Of a DNA stretch of 64,000 bases, positions 40,901-53,820 are shown in pieces; position 1 is the first letter of the stretch; each line of letters opens with the position of its first letter. A model generated the notes under the pieces. The model did no database searches, was not told where the DNA came from, and saw only the letters and a program-made list of their open reading frames with translations. The translations under genes were made by a program, and so were the position numbers. The stretch is from NCBI GenBank assembly GCA_951406725.2, contig OX597841.1:5518001-5582000 (forward strand). The letters run 5' to 3'. The stretch is from Octopus vulgaris. Its lineage: Eukaryota.

Positions 40901-41729
40901 CAAAGACGGCGAGCTGGCAGAATCGTTAGCTTAGAATATTTACCTTAACAGCAGAACATTTTAATTTACTAATATTTACGTAACAGAATTCTGTGCGCGG
41001 AATACACATTTGTGAACTATAGCTACACCTTCACATTGTCTTAAGATTATATATAAACTACAAAATAGTAGACAATAAGCTTCACGCTCCAGAAATATAT
41101 ACTTGGACATAGTTAATCAGCCCCAGAAGGTGTTGAGCTGGCAGAGTGGTTAGCACGCCGGGCGAAATGCTTAGCCGTATTTCGTCTGCCGTTACGTTCT
41201 GAGTTCAAATTCCGCCGAGGTCGACTTTGCCTTTCATCCTTTCGGGGTCGATAAATTAAGTACCAGTTACGCACTGAGGTCGATATAATCGACTTAATCC
41301 ATTTGTCTGTCCTTGTTTGTCCCCTCTGTGTTTAGCCCCTTGTTGGTAGTAAAGAAATAGGTATTTCGTCTGCCGTTATGTTCTGAGTTCAGATTCCGCC
41401 GAGGTCGACTTTGCCTTTCATCCTTTCGGGGTCGATAAATTAAGTACCAGTTACGCACTGAGGTCGATGTAATCGACTTAATCCGTTTATCTGTCCTTGT
41501 TTGTCCCCTCTATGTTTAGCCCCTTGTTGGTAGTAAAGAAATAGGTATTTCGTCTGCCGTTATGTTCTGAGTTCAGATTCCGCCGAGGTCGACTTTGCCT
41601 TTCATCCTTTCGGGGTCGATTAAATAAGCACCAGTTACGCACTGGGGTTAATGTAATCGACTTAATCCCTTTGTCTGTCCTTGTTTGTCCCCTCTGTATT
41701 TAGCCCCTTGTGGGCAGTAAAGAAATAAG
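40901..41729 (+). mobile_element. Chimeric SINE-B trimer carrying ~190 bp of ZNF intron sequence
   Basis: 12-bp TSD AAAGAATCGATG at 40889 and 41730. 40937-41127 matches 52231-52420. Three 184-bp bodies. Confidence 0.85.
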
Positions 41730-41804
41730 AAAGAATCGATGTGTCAAAAACGAAAGACATGAACAGCACTAAAAGAAGAAATATTTTCATTGTTGAATAC
41801 TTAC

Positions 41805-42025
41805 GGAAATGTTTTATAAAGAATAGTGTTGTTATAACTGTATGTGTAGTAGTTGAGAAATGTACTACAACTGTATAGAATTATTGAAAAAATAATGTAT
41901 TATAACAGTGTGTGTGGTGGACGAGAAATGTTTAATAAACTGCACACGTCACTGGATTTAAAAGGAATCGATGTCGAAGATACAAAACGGACGCCTGTTT
42001 GAAGTCCATGCGTCTCTTTTTCATG
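41805..42025 (-). promoter_or_regulatory. Exon 1/promoter module, probably of ZNF4 (NRF1-like motif degraded)
   Basis: Paralogous to 3170-3387 and 54629-54860. Donor ACTTAC at 41799-41804. Confidence 0.5.
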
Positions 42026-42054
42026 TACGATTAAACGGTAGGTTTAATGCACTC

Positions 42055-45000
42055 TGTTACTTGTTTCAGTCATTTGACTGCGGCCATGCTGGAGCACCGC
42101 CGTTAGTCGAGCAAATCGACCCCGGGACTTATTCTTTGTAAGCCCAGTACTTATTCTATCGGTCTCTTTTACTTGTTTCAGTCATTTGACTGCAGCCATG
42201 CTGGAGCACTGCCGTTAGTCGAGCAAATCGACCCCGGGACTTATTCTTTGTAAGCCCAGTACTTATTCTATCGGTCTCTTTTACTTGTTTCAGTCATTTG
42301 ACTGTGGCCATGCTGGAGCACCGCCGTTAGTCGAGCAAATCGACCCCGGGACTTATTCTTTGTAAGCCTAGTACTTATTCTATCGGTCTCTTTTACTTGT
42401 TTCAGTCATTTGACTGCGGCCATGCTGGAGCACCGCCGTTAGTCGAGCAAATCGACCCCGGGACTTATTCTTTGTAAGCCTAGTACTTATTCTATCGGTC
42501 TCTTTTACTTGTTTCAGTCATTTGACTGCGGCCATGCTGGAGCACTGCCGTTAGTCGAGCAAATCGACCCCAGGACCTATTCTTTGTAAGCCTTGTACTT
42601 ATTCTATCGGTCTCTTTTACTTGTTTCAGTCATTTGACTGCGGCCATGCTGGAGCACCGCCGTTAGTCGAGCAAATCGACCCCGGGACTTATTCTTTGTA
42701 AGCCCAGTACTTATTCTATCGGTCTCTTTTATTTGTTTCAGTCATTTGACTGCAGCCATGCTGGAGCACTGCCGTTAGTCGAGCAAATCGACCCCAGGAC
42801 CTATTCTTTGTAAGCCTTGTACTTATTCTATCGGTCTTCTTTTACTTGTTTCAGTCATTTGACTGTGGCCATGCTGGAGCACCGCCGTTAGTCGAGCAAA
42901 TCGACCCCAGGACCTATTCTTTGTAAGCCTTGTACTTATTCTATCGGTCTCTTTTACTTGTTTCAGTCATTTGACTGTGGCCATGCTGGAGCACCGCCGT
43001 TGGTCGAGCAAATCGACCCCAGGACCTATTCTTTGTAAGCCTTGTACTTATTCTATCGGTCTCTTTTACTTGTTTCAGTCATTTGACTGTGGCCATGCTG
43101 GAGCACCGCCGTTAGTCGAGCAAATCGACCCCAGGACCTATTCTTTGTAAGCCTTGTACTTATTCTATCGGTCTCTTTTACTTGTTTCAGTCATTTGACT
43201 GTGGCCATGCTGGAGCACTGCCGTTAGTCGAGCAAATCGACCCCAGGACCTATTCTTTGTAAGCCTTGTACTTATTCTATCGGTCTCTTTTACTTGTTTC
43301 AGTCATTTGACTGTGGCCATGCTGGAGCACCGCCGTTGGTCGAGCAAATCGACCCCAGGACCTATTCTTTGTAAGCCTTGTACTTATTCTATCGGTCTCT
43401 TTTACTTGTTTCAGTCATTTGACTGTGGCCATGCTGGAGCACCGCCGTTAGTCGAGCAAATCGACCCCAGGACTTATTCTTTGTAAGCCTTGTACTTATT
43501 CTATCGGTCTCTTTTACTTGTTTCAGTCATTTGACTGCGGCCATGCTGGAGCACCGCCGTTAGTCGAGCAAATCGACCCCGGGACTTATTCTTTGTAAGC
43601 CTAGTACTTATTCTATCGGTCTCTTTTACTTGTTTCAGTCATTTGACTGCGGCCATGCTGGAGCACCGCCGTTAGTCGAGCAAATCGACCCCGGACTTAT
43701 TCTTTGTAAGCCTAGTACTTATTCTATCGGTCTCTTTTACTTGTTTCAGTCATTTGACTGTGGCCATGCTGGAGCACTGCCGTTAGTCGAGCAAATCGAC
43801 CCCAGGACTTATTCTTTGTAAGCCTTGTACTTATTCTATCGGTCTCTTTTACTTGTTTCAGTCATTTGACTGTGGCCATGCTGGAGCACTGCCGTTAGTC
43901 GAGCAAATCGACCCCAGGACTTATTCTTTGTAAGCCTTGTACTTATTCTATCGGTCTCTTTTACTTGTTTCAGTCATTTGACTGTGGCCATGCTGGAGCA
44001 CTGCCGTTAGTCGAGCAAATCGACCCCAGGACTTATTCTTTGTAAGCCTTGTACTTATTCTATCGGTCTCTTTTACTTGTTTCAGTCATTTGACTGTGGC
44101 CATGCTGGAGCACTGCCGTTAGTCGAGCAAATCGACCCCAGGACCTATTCTTTGTAAGCCTTGTACTTATTCTATCGGTCTCTTTTACTTGTTTCAGTCA
44201 TTTGACTGCAGCCATGCTGGAGCACTGCCGTTAGTCGAGCAAATCGACCCCAGGACTTATTCTTTGTAAGCCTTGTACTTATTCTATCGGTCTCTTTTAC
44301 TTGTTTCAGTCATTTGACTGTGGCCATGCTGGAGCACTGCCGTTAGTCGAGCAAATCGACCCCAGGACCTATTCTTTGTAAGCCTTGTACTTATTCTATC
44401 GGTCTCTTTTACTTGTTTCAGTCATTTGACTGTGGCCATGCTGGAGCACCGCCGTTAGTCGAGCAAATCGACCCCAGGACCTATTCTTTGTAAGCCTTGT
44501 ACTTATTCTATCGGTCTCTTTTACTTGTTTCAGTCATTTGACTGTGGCCATGCTGGAGCACTGCCGTTAGTCGAGCAAATCGACCCCAGGACTTATTCTT
44601 TGTAAGCCCAGTACTTATTCTATCGGTCTCTTTTACTTGTTTCAGTCATTTGACTGTGGCCATGCTGGAGCACCGCCGTTAGTCGAGCAAATCGACCCCA
44701 GGACCTATTCTTTGTAAGCCTTGTACTTATTCTATCGGTCTCTTTTACTTGTTTCAGTCATTTGACTGTGGCCATGCTGGAGCACCGCCGTTAGTCGAGC
44801 AAATCGACCCCAGGACCTATTCTTTGTAAGCCTTGTACTTATTCTATCGGTCTCTTTTACTTGTTTCAGTCATTTGACTGTGGCCATGCTGGAGCACCGC
44901 CGTTAGTCGAGCAAATCGACCCCAGGACCTATTCTTTGTAAGCCTTGTACTTATTCTATCGGTCTCTTTTACTTGTTTCAGTCATTTGACTGTGGCCATG

Positions 45001-46408
45001 CTGGAGCACTGCCGTTAGTCGAGCAAATCGACCCCAGGACTTATTCTTTGTAAGCCTTGTACTTATTCTATCGGTCTCTTTTACTTGTTTCAGTCATTTG
45101 ACTGTGGCCATGCTGGAGCACCGCCGTTAGTCGAGCAAATCGACCCCAGGACTTATTCTTTGTAAGCCCAGTACTTATTCTATCGGTCTCTTTTACTTGT
45201 TTCAGTCATTTGACTGTGGCCATGCTGGAGCACCGCCGTTAGTCGAGCAAATCGACCCCAGGACCTATTCTTTGTAAGCCTTGTACTTATTCTATCGGTC
45301 TCTTTTACTTGTTTCAGTCATTTGACTGTGGCCATGCTGGAGCACCGCCGTTAGTCGAGCAAATCAACCCCAGGACCTATTCTTTGTAAGCCTTGTACTT
45401 ATTCTATCGGTCTCTTTTACTTGTTTCAGTCATTTGACTGTGGCCATGCTGGAGCACCGCCGTTAGTCGAGCAAATCGACCCCAGGACCTATTCTTTGTA
45501 AGCCTTGTACTTATTCTATCGGTCTCTTTTACTTGTTTCAGTCATTTGACTGTGGCCATGCTGGAGCACTGCCGTTAGTCGAGCAAATCGACCCCGGGAC
45601 TTATTCTTTGAAAAGCCCAGTACTTATTCTATCGGTCTCTTTTATTTGTTTCAGTCATTTGACTGTGGCCATGCTGGAGCACCGCCTTTAGTCGAGCAAA
45701 TCGACCCCAGGACCTATTCTTTGTAAGCCTTGTACTTATTCTATCGGTCTCTTTTACTTGTTTCAGTCATTTGACTGTGGCCATGCTGGAGCACCGCCGT
45801 TAGTCGAGCAAATCGACCCCAGGACCTATTCTTTGTAAGCCTAGTACTTATTCTATCGGTCTCTTTTACTTGTTTCAGTCATTTGACTGTGGCCATGCTG
45901 GAGCACCGCCGTTAGTCGAGCAAATCGACCCCAGGACTTATTCTATCGGTCTCTTTTACTTGTTTCAGTCATTTGACTGCGGCCATGCTGGAGCACCGCC
46001 GTTAGTCGAGCAAATCGACCCCAGGACTTATTCTTTGTAAGCCTAGTACTTATTCTATCGGTCTCTTTTACTTGTTTCAGTCATTTGACTGTGGCCATGC
46101 TGGAGCACCGCCGTTAGTCGAGCAAATCGACCCCAGGACCTATTCTTTGTAAGCCTAGTACTTATTCTATCGGTCTCTTTTACTTGTTTCAGTCATTTGA
46201 CTGCGGCCATGCTGGAGCACCGCTGTTAGTCGAGCAAATCGACCCCGGGACTTATTCTTTGTAAGCCTAGTACTTATTATTCTATCGGTCTCTTTTACTT
46301 GTTTCAGTCATTTGACTGCGGCCATGCTGGAGCACCGCATTTCAATCGAGCAAATCGACCCCGGGACCTATTCTTTGTAAGCCCAGTACTTATTCTATCG
46401 GTCTCTTT
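42055..46408 (-). repeat. 112-bp tandem satellite (~39 units) derived from the SINE-A 3' end
   Basis: Period 112 bp (42061 to 42173). The last unit runs directly into the rest of a SINE-A (46409-46675). Confidence 0.97.
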
Positions 46409-46675
46409 TGCCGAACCGATACGTTACGGGGACGTAAACACACCATCATCGGTTGTCAAGCGATGTTGGGGGGACAAACACAGACATACAAACATATATA
46501 TATATATGCATATATACGACGGGCTTCTTTCAGTTTCCGTCTACCAAATCCACTCACAAGGCTTTGGTCAGCCCGAGGCTATAGTAGAAGACACTTGCCC
46601 AAGGTACCACGCAGTGGGACTGAACCCGGAACAATGTAGTTGCTAAGCAAGCTACTTACCTTACAGCCACTCCTC
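46409..46675 (-). mobile_element. SINE-A head and body contiguous with the satellite
   Basis: Reverse complement of the SINE-A head, (TA)n and mid body. Confidence 0.9.
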
Positions 46676-46898
46676 CAAGCACATTCTTTTTTTCATTGCT
46701 CACACACAATTTACGGGAAATAACTCTTTTCAGAGCCCTTTTTCTCACAGATCATTGCAAACAGTGGTGTACCTGTTATTCAAAACCAAGCTTTGTAAGG
46801 TGTACAAGGCTATAACTCTTTCATCCAGACAACAGACACCTCAGAAAAATCGGTCAAGATCCTCACGGGAGAACAAAAAAAAAAATTAGCCAGCCATG

Positions 46899-47288
46899 GG
46901 CGCAGGAGTGGCTGTGTGGTAAGTAGCTTGTTTACCAACCATATGGTTCCGGGTTCAGTCCCACTGCGTGGCACCTTGGGCAAGTGTCTTCTGCTATAGC
47001 CTCGGGCCGCCCAAAGCCTTGTGAGTGGATTTGGTAGACGGAAACTGAAAGAAGCCTGTTGTATATATGTATATATATGTATGTGTGTGTATGTGTTTGT
47101 CCCCCTAGCTGGTGTGTTTACGTCTCCGTCACCTAGCTGTTCGGCAAAAGAGACTGATAGAATAAGTACTGGGCTTACAAAGAATAAGTCCCGGGGTCGA
47201 GTTGCTCAATTAAAGGCGGTGCTCCAGCATGGCCGCAGTCAAAATGACTGAAACAAGTAAAAAGAGAAAAAGAGAGAGAGAGAGAGAG
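46899..47288 (+). mobile_element. SINE-A
   Basis: Full head and (GA)n-extended tail. Confidence 0.9.
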
Positions 47289-47539
47289 CCTGGGAGTTGT
47301 TAACAAGTATGTGGAAAACGAATATGAAAAAAGAAAATGCACGCTGACGACCCGAGGAGTGGGGAGGGGACTTTCGGAAAATTCACAAGATCCGATTTTT
47401 CCGTCATAACTTCCGGTAAAACGGATACATACTGATTTTTTTTTTTTTTTACGGAGTCCCACGCTTTTGGTTATGGAGGATCTGATTCTGAAAGAAAAAA
47501 TTACAAAATTTCAATCCCCCTTCTTATTTTTCACCTAGC

Positions 47540-48075
47540 TAAAACCAGTCTTAATAAGCAGGAAGGCAGGCAAACCACAAATCCCTTCTGGTAGATGGCC
47601 CTGCTCGATCTGTAGAAAAGGCATAGGTAGAAACTCTATAAGATGTACCCAGTGCAAGCTATGGACACATAGGAGGTGCAACAATATCAAAGGAAGGCTA
47701 ATGGGAAGATAGTTTTTGTATGTGGCAGATGCTCAGGAGCAATAAACACTGGAAATGTGCAGAGAACAACTTCTGTCACATTCCAGGGAGAAAAACTAGA
47801 AGTAGCTGACAGCTTCCGTTACCTAGGTGACAAATAATTCCATTTCATTCACATGACCCCAAATCATGTTGTATTGTCCCCATTTGTGTAAACCCTTATG
47901 GGTAATAAAGAAATTCGTTACCTAGGTGACAAAGTCAGTAGTTGGGGTGGATGCTCTGAAAGTGTAGCTGCTAGAATAAGAATAGCCTGGGAAAAGTTTT
48001 GAGAGTCCCTACCTCCAGCTTGCCAGTCCTCAGTCAAACAGTCCAACCCATGCCAGCATGGAAAGCGGACATTAA
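47540..48075 (+). mobile_element. RTE RT fragment with a small nested LINE tail (47835-47915)
   Basis: Homologous to 58120-58230 and 33245-33550. The nested piece matches 13135-13212 and is bracketed by a duplicated CGTTACCTAGGTGACAAA. Confidence 0.7.
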
Positions 48076-48084
48076 ATAGTTAAG

Positions 48085-48735
48085 TTAATTTTTTGGCTCA
48101 AAAAGCAAGGCCATGTAGGGGTACATGGAGTTATGTACAGGGAGGGTGTTCATACAAAGAGTTCAGGCCATTTGTGATCAAGGGAGACTTTGAACCGTGC
48201 GGTCGTCCACATCTTCACTATCTCGTCTGGCAGCTTATTCCACAGATCTGCAACCCGGATGGAGAAAGCCCCTCTCCTTCAACTGAGATGAAATCGTCAC
48301 AGATAGAGCTTTTCGGAGCGACCCCGCAGTCGACGCTCTGGAGCAGGAGTGAAGAACAGCTCTTTCGAGAGGTTACACTTTCCGCTTATGATGTTGTGAG
48401 CAAGAATGAGATCACCACGGCATCGTCGTTTTTCTAGAGAATAAAGGTCGAGTGTCTTCAGCCTTTCTTCCTAAGACAAATGCTTGAGACCAAGAACCAT
48501 GCGGGTAGCCAGCTTCTGGACTCTTTCGAGATGATGTATGTCTTTGAGGAAATAAGGAGAAGAGGCTTGAATCCCGTACTCCAATATGGGTCTCACCAGC
48601 GTGACATAGAGTGGTAGGAATATGGCTGCTGTGAGCATTCCGAATGACTGTCGAATCAAAAACAGAACTCCGTGTGCTTTGTTGGCAGCATGGACGCACT
48701 GGGCCGAAGGCGAAAATGATGATGAACTACAGACA
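48085..48735 (-). mobile_element. CR1-group LINE 3' fragment (different family)
   Basis: ORF 48471-48740 has LYVTLVRPILEYGIQASSPY...LERVQKLATRMV. Confidence 0.8.
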
Positions 48736-49064
48736 AACAAAAACCGCTAAGTGTATATGTAGGCTTTATTAATTACGATTCTTCCCAAGTATGACAATAT
48801 TGGTTTCAACACAATAAACAAATTTAAAATCTGGAAGAAATTGCTTTTATTAAACAAATTACAGGGGTAAGTTATTTTTGGGGAGGTTGTTATCACACAC
48901 TGTTGAGTCTCTTTTCCAATGTGAATACATTTACAGTTATAGATGAGGGTATTTATTCCAGATCTTCGTACAAAAACACATTTGATAGTAAAACATATCC
49001 CTTCATGCTTTAACAAGTAACTAAAAGAGCTTGGCATCATTAAAATTTCAACCAATGTAAAAGA

Positions 49065-49567
49065 AAACAATTGCAGCGTGGAAGGTGTTTGTAAGCCATT
49101 TAAGAAACACACAAAAGCTGTTCGATTCACTTCAACATTTAAGTTTAATTTGTCAAAATATTTTCGTCGCTTTAAGGCCGCGACCTGTTTACTGACAAAA
49201 ATCCATGCTGAATAAGGTTTATATGTATATATATAGACAATTGCAGCGTGGAAGGTGTTTGTAAGCCATTTAAGAAACACACAAAAGCCGTTCGATTCCC
49301 TTCAACATTTAAGTTTAATTTGTCAAAATATTTTCGTCGCTTTAAGACTGCGACCTTCTCACTGACAAAAATCCATGCTGCATTTTGTCAGTGAATAGGT
49401 TGTGGTCTTAAAGCAACGAAAATATTTTGACAAATTAAACTTAAATGTTGAAGGGAATCGAACGGCTTTTGTGTGTTTCTTAAATGGCTTACAAACACCT
49501 TCCACGCTGCGATTGTTTTCGTTTCAGCACAATCTCAGATCGAATCACTTGCTATGCAAGTACATCT
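49065..49567. mobile_element. Unclassified insertion with direct and inverted internal copies, in ZNF5 3' UTR
   Basis: CCAATGTAAAAGA duplicated at 49052 and 49568. A ~140-bp unit occurs at 49068 and 49238, and inverted at ~49382-49520. Empty site near 60785. Confidence 0.7.
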
Positions 49568-49795
49568 CCAATGTAAAAGACTACCTCAGAAAGGCAGCTA
49601 TGATGAGTGGCTTGGCTGATGTCATGGGTAAAGTTCACGAAGTTAAGCCCACATTGTTTCAGGAGGAACTTAAAATGTTTGATGTTCTTAAGAACTTTCT
49701 CATTGATACAGTTACACTTCTGCAGGAATACATACGTTAAAAAACAACTTTTGAGAGAATGATTTACCACAAATCTCACAGTGATGTGGCTTCTA

Positions 49796-49963
<168 letters not shown>

Positions 49964-50042
49964 TTATATGATTGCATTTGTGTATTGTTAGGAGAATATT
50001 TTCAGTAAATGATTTACCATACACATAATGGTAATGTGGCTT

Positions 50043-51323
50043 CTACACTGTATGAGTGCGTTTGTGTCTTCTTAACTTACTACTTTCACAGAATGATTTA
50101 CCACAAATATCACAACAATAAGGTTTCTCTCCCGTGTGAATACGTTTATGTATTGTTAACGAACTGCTGACAGAGAATGATTTGCTGCAGATATCACATT
50201 CATATGGCTTCTCCCCTGTATGAACACGTTTGTGAGAAATGAGATAACTACATCCAATGAAGGACTCACCACAGATATCACACTGATATGGCTTCTCTCC
50301 TGTATGAATCCGTTTGTGAATGGTTAAGGAAGTATTTCGAGTGAACGATTTACCACAGATATCACACTGATATGGCTTCTCTCCTGTATGAATGCGCTTG
50401 TGTACAGTTAACTCACCACTTTCAGAGAATGATTTATCACAGATGTTACAGTGATATGGCTTCTCTCCTGTATGGACTCGCTTGTGTCTAGTTAAGTAAC
50501 CACCTTGGGAGAATGATTTACCACAGATATCACAGCAATATAGCTTCTCCCCTGTATGAATACGCTTGTGACATATCAAATTAGTAGGTCCAGTGAATGA
50601 TTTACCACAGATATCACAGTGATATGGCTTTTCTCCTGTATGAATTCGTGTGTGTCTAGTCAACGCAGTACAATGAGAGAAGGATTTACCACAGATATCA
50701 CAGCAATACGGCTTCTCTCCTGTATGAATACGCTTGTGAGAATTTAAAGCACTACGTTTAGAGAATGATTTACCGCAAATACTACAGTGATATGGCTTCT
50801 CTCCTGTATGTACAAGTTTATGTGTAGTTAGGGTAGATTTGTGAGAGAATGATTTACCACAGATATTACAGCAATATGGTGTCTCTCCTGTATGAATACG
50901 TTTGTGAGAAATGAGGTAACTACACCTGGAGAAGGAATTACCACAGATATCACACTGATATGGCTTCTCTCCTCTATGAATCCATTTGTGAGAAGTTAAG
51001 TAATGAAGTTGAGAGAATGATTTATCACAAATATCACAGTGATATGGTGTCTCTTCTGTATGAATACGTTTGTGTTTAGTGAGCGTAGATTTCTGAGAGA
51101 ATGATTTATCACAGATATCACAGTTATATGGTTTCTCTCCTGTATGAATACGTTTGTGTGTAGTTAGGTTTCCATTCTGAGAATATGATGCACCACAGAT
51201 ATCACAGTGATATGGTTTCTCTCCTGTATGAATACGCTTATGTTGAATTAGGTTACCATTCTGGGAGAATGACTTTTTACAGATAGTACAGTCATATAAT
51301 GGTTTTGTTGTATCTTTAGGCAT
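50043..51323 (-). CDS. Poly-C2H2 zinc-finger protein ZNF5 (~15 fingers, 426 aa)
   Basis: Starts MPKDTTKP with an intact first finger. TAG in a linker, relic fingers to ~49740. Putative intron 52122-54628. Confidence 0.92.
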   Translation of the reverse strand: MPKDTTKPLYDCTICKKSFSQNGNLIQHKRIHTGEKPYHCDICGASYSQNGNLTTHKRIHTGEKPYNCDICDKSFSQKSTLTKHKRIHTEETPYHCDICDKSFSQLHYLTSHKWIHRGEKPYQCDICGNSFSRCSYLISHKRIHTGETPYCCNICGKSFSHKSTLTTHKLVHTGEKPYHCSICGKSFSKRSALNSHKRIHTGEKPYCCDICGKSFSHCTALTRHTRIHTGEKPYHCDICGKSFTGPTNLICHKRIHTGEKLYCCDICGKSFSQGGYLTRHKRVHTGEKPYHCNICDKSFSESGELTVHKRIHTGEKPYQCDICGKSFTRNTSLTIHKRIHTGEKPYQCDICGESFIGCSYLISHKRVHTGEKPYECDICSKSFSVSSSLTIHKRIHTGEKPYCCDICGKSFCESSKLRRHKRTHTV

Positions 51324-51350
51324 GTCTTCAGAAAAAAATCAGTTCTTTAA

Positions 51351-51760
51351 CCCTTTAGTGTTCAGATTATTCTGTTAAATGTAATACTTTTTCACTCAAA
51401 TTGTTTTGAATTAATCATGCATTATCTTATAGCTTTAAGGTTTCAATGATGTGAATGTTTATTTTTAGAATGTAGGTTCTATCAGCACATATCTCCTACC
51501 ACAGCCCTGGGACAATTAAACTCTTGTGCGAGGGTTTAACCCTTTAGTGTTCAGATTACTCTGTTAAATGTAATACTTTTTCACTCAAATTATTTTGAAT
51601 TAATCCTGGATCATCTTACAGCTTTGAGGTTTCAATGATGTGATTACTTATTTTTAGAATGGCATTGTAGGTTAGGTGTGAGAGGCTAGACATCGCCAGT
51701 TTGAATATAAAACATGTAGAATATATTGGGCCGGATTTGGCCAGTTTAAACACCAAAGGG
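51351..51760. mobile_element. piggyBac-like MITE (partly duplicated) in ZNF5 5' UTR
   Basis: TTAA|CCCTTTAG...CCAAAGGG|TTAA, with a second left end at 51540. Empty site near 63608. Confidence 0.85.
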
Positions 51761-52419
51761 TTAAGTTTCTGTAATATTTATCTTCTCAAAATAAACTACG
51801 TCTATATTTCAATATATTTGTTGTTTATTCTTTAACAATATTCTTAGCTTCTGTATTTCTGTCCAATGTTACTTTTATCTCAGTCTTATGAAAATTTATC
51901 CAAGTTTAATTAGAGCACAAAACTCATTTGGTATACACTCCAGATTATGATGCAGAAATTTTGCTAATAATCTCAATTCAGAGTAAAATGTCATTGGAAT
52001 TTAACAATGAATTTATAGAAACAGTGCTAGATATCTCCTCCATATAGCATTTTCATTCAGTTTTTAAAAGATGGAAAGTTTTGAAGTTGCATCTTCTGTT
52101 ATCCCAATATCATCTCTTGTTCTGAAATAATGAAGAAACACCAATTTTTAAAATATATATACTACTTAAGAAATAGATTCAACAGTGGGAAAATTTATAA
52201 CATTTCTACAGAGATTAATTGCAGAAACAAACATTTATCTTAACAGCAGAACATTTTAATTTACTAATATTTACGTAACAGAATTTTGTGCGCAGCATAC
52301 ACATTTGTGAACTAGAGCTACACCTTCACATTGTCTTAAGATTATATATAAACTACAAAATAGTAGACAATAAGTTTCTCGCTCCAGAAATATACTTGGA
52401 CATAGTTAATCAGCCCCAG

Positions 52420-52810
52420 AAGGTGTTGAGCTGGCAGAGTGGTTAGCACGCCGGGCGAAATGCTTAGCCATATTTCGTCTGCCGTTACGTTCTGAGTTCA
52501 ACTTTGCCTTTCATCCTTTCGGGGTCGATAAATTAAGTACCAGTTACACACTGAGGTCGATGTAATCGACTTAATCCATTTATCTGTCCTTGTTTGTCCC
52601 CTCTATGTTTAGCCCCTTGTGGGTAATAAAGAAATAGATATTTCATCTGCCGTTACGTTCTGAGTTCAAATTCCGCCGAGGTCAACTTTGCCTTTCATCC
52701 TTTCAGGGTCGATAAATTAAGTACCAGTTACGCATTAATTGACTTAATCCGTCTGTCTGTCCGTGTTTGTCTCCTCTGTGTTTAGCCCCTTGTGGGTAAT
52801 AAAGAAATAG
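52420..52810 (+). mobile_element. SINE-B dimer in ZNF5 intron
   Basis: TSD GTTAATCAGCCCCAG; diagnostic head AAGGTGTTGAGCTGGCAGAGTGGTTAGC. Confidence 0.88.
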
Positions 52811-53330
52811 GTTAATCAGCCCCAGGTCAGCTTTGACTGAGCAAACATGATCAAAGACATTCCATCTAAGAACATCATCATCACCATGACAGAACACATT
52901 TTCCATGTTGGCAAGTGTTGGACGGTTTGACAAGAGACGGCAAGCTGGAGTGGTGCACCATGGTGTAATTTGTTTGTCATGGCATGGTTTCTATGGTTGG
53001 ATGCCCTTCCTAATGCCAGCCACCTTAGATAGTGTACCAGGTGCTTTCCATATGGAACTAGTACAGGTGTCCTTTATGTGACACGGCACAAGTAACTTTT
53101 TTCTTACCTGGCACCAGCATGGGTCGCATAACACATCCTATCTTTCTCTGTAGCATTGTTTATCTACGACCATATTATACAAATAGGCCACAAAGTAGAA
53201 ATAACATACAGAGGAACAAACATGCATGCAAAAACACAGGAACAAAGCACGCACGCACAACCCATTGGCTTTCTTTTCCCAACTGACAATTTACAAGACA
53301 ACATGTGGTCACGGAAATCACCGAATTCAA

Positions 53331-53670
53331 TAATAAATCTTAGAGCGAGTTATAAACAGTAGCTGCAACACACAGTGACGTATATTTGCCATTTAAATAT
53401 GGCTAACCCCTAAGGGTGGATGCTACTGTAGTTTGTAACCCCAGGAGGACACCTCCTCCAGCTGGCTATAGACACACTTTCTGTGCCCTGGCTTCCCTTT
53501 GCAAATACTGATAGGGCACAGAAAGTGTGTCTATAGCCAGCTGGAGGAGGTGTCCTCCTGGGGCTACAAGCTACAGTAGCATCCACCCTTAGGGGTTAGC
53601 CATATTTAAATGGCAAATATACGTCACAATGTTTACATTATTTCGAGTTAAAACGAAAGATTGTCATAAA
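53331..53670. mobile_element. Foldback MITE with near-perfect ~115-bp arms
   Basis: 53375-53489 pairs with 53513-53627. Confidence 0.85.
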
Positions 53671-53820
53671 ATGATTGAAGTGTAATACAATGCGTATTTT
53701 CAATGGTGTTCTGTGTTTCGTCCATTTTACTAATTCAAAATTTTTCCCTAATTCATGCATTTATTATGGGGTCTAATTAGAAGACAGCTCTTTTACCCTT
53801 ATTGCAAACCGCATTCATAA

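Noticed and set aside
42055-46408. CRISPR-like array
   Set aside because: Units are contiguous 112-bp repeats with no unique spacers, derive from a SINE tail, and have no cas genes nearby; the context is eukaryotic.
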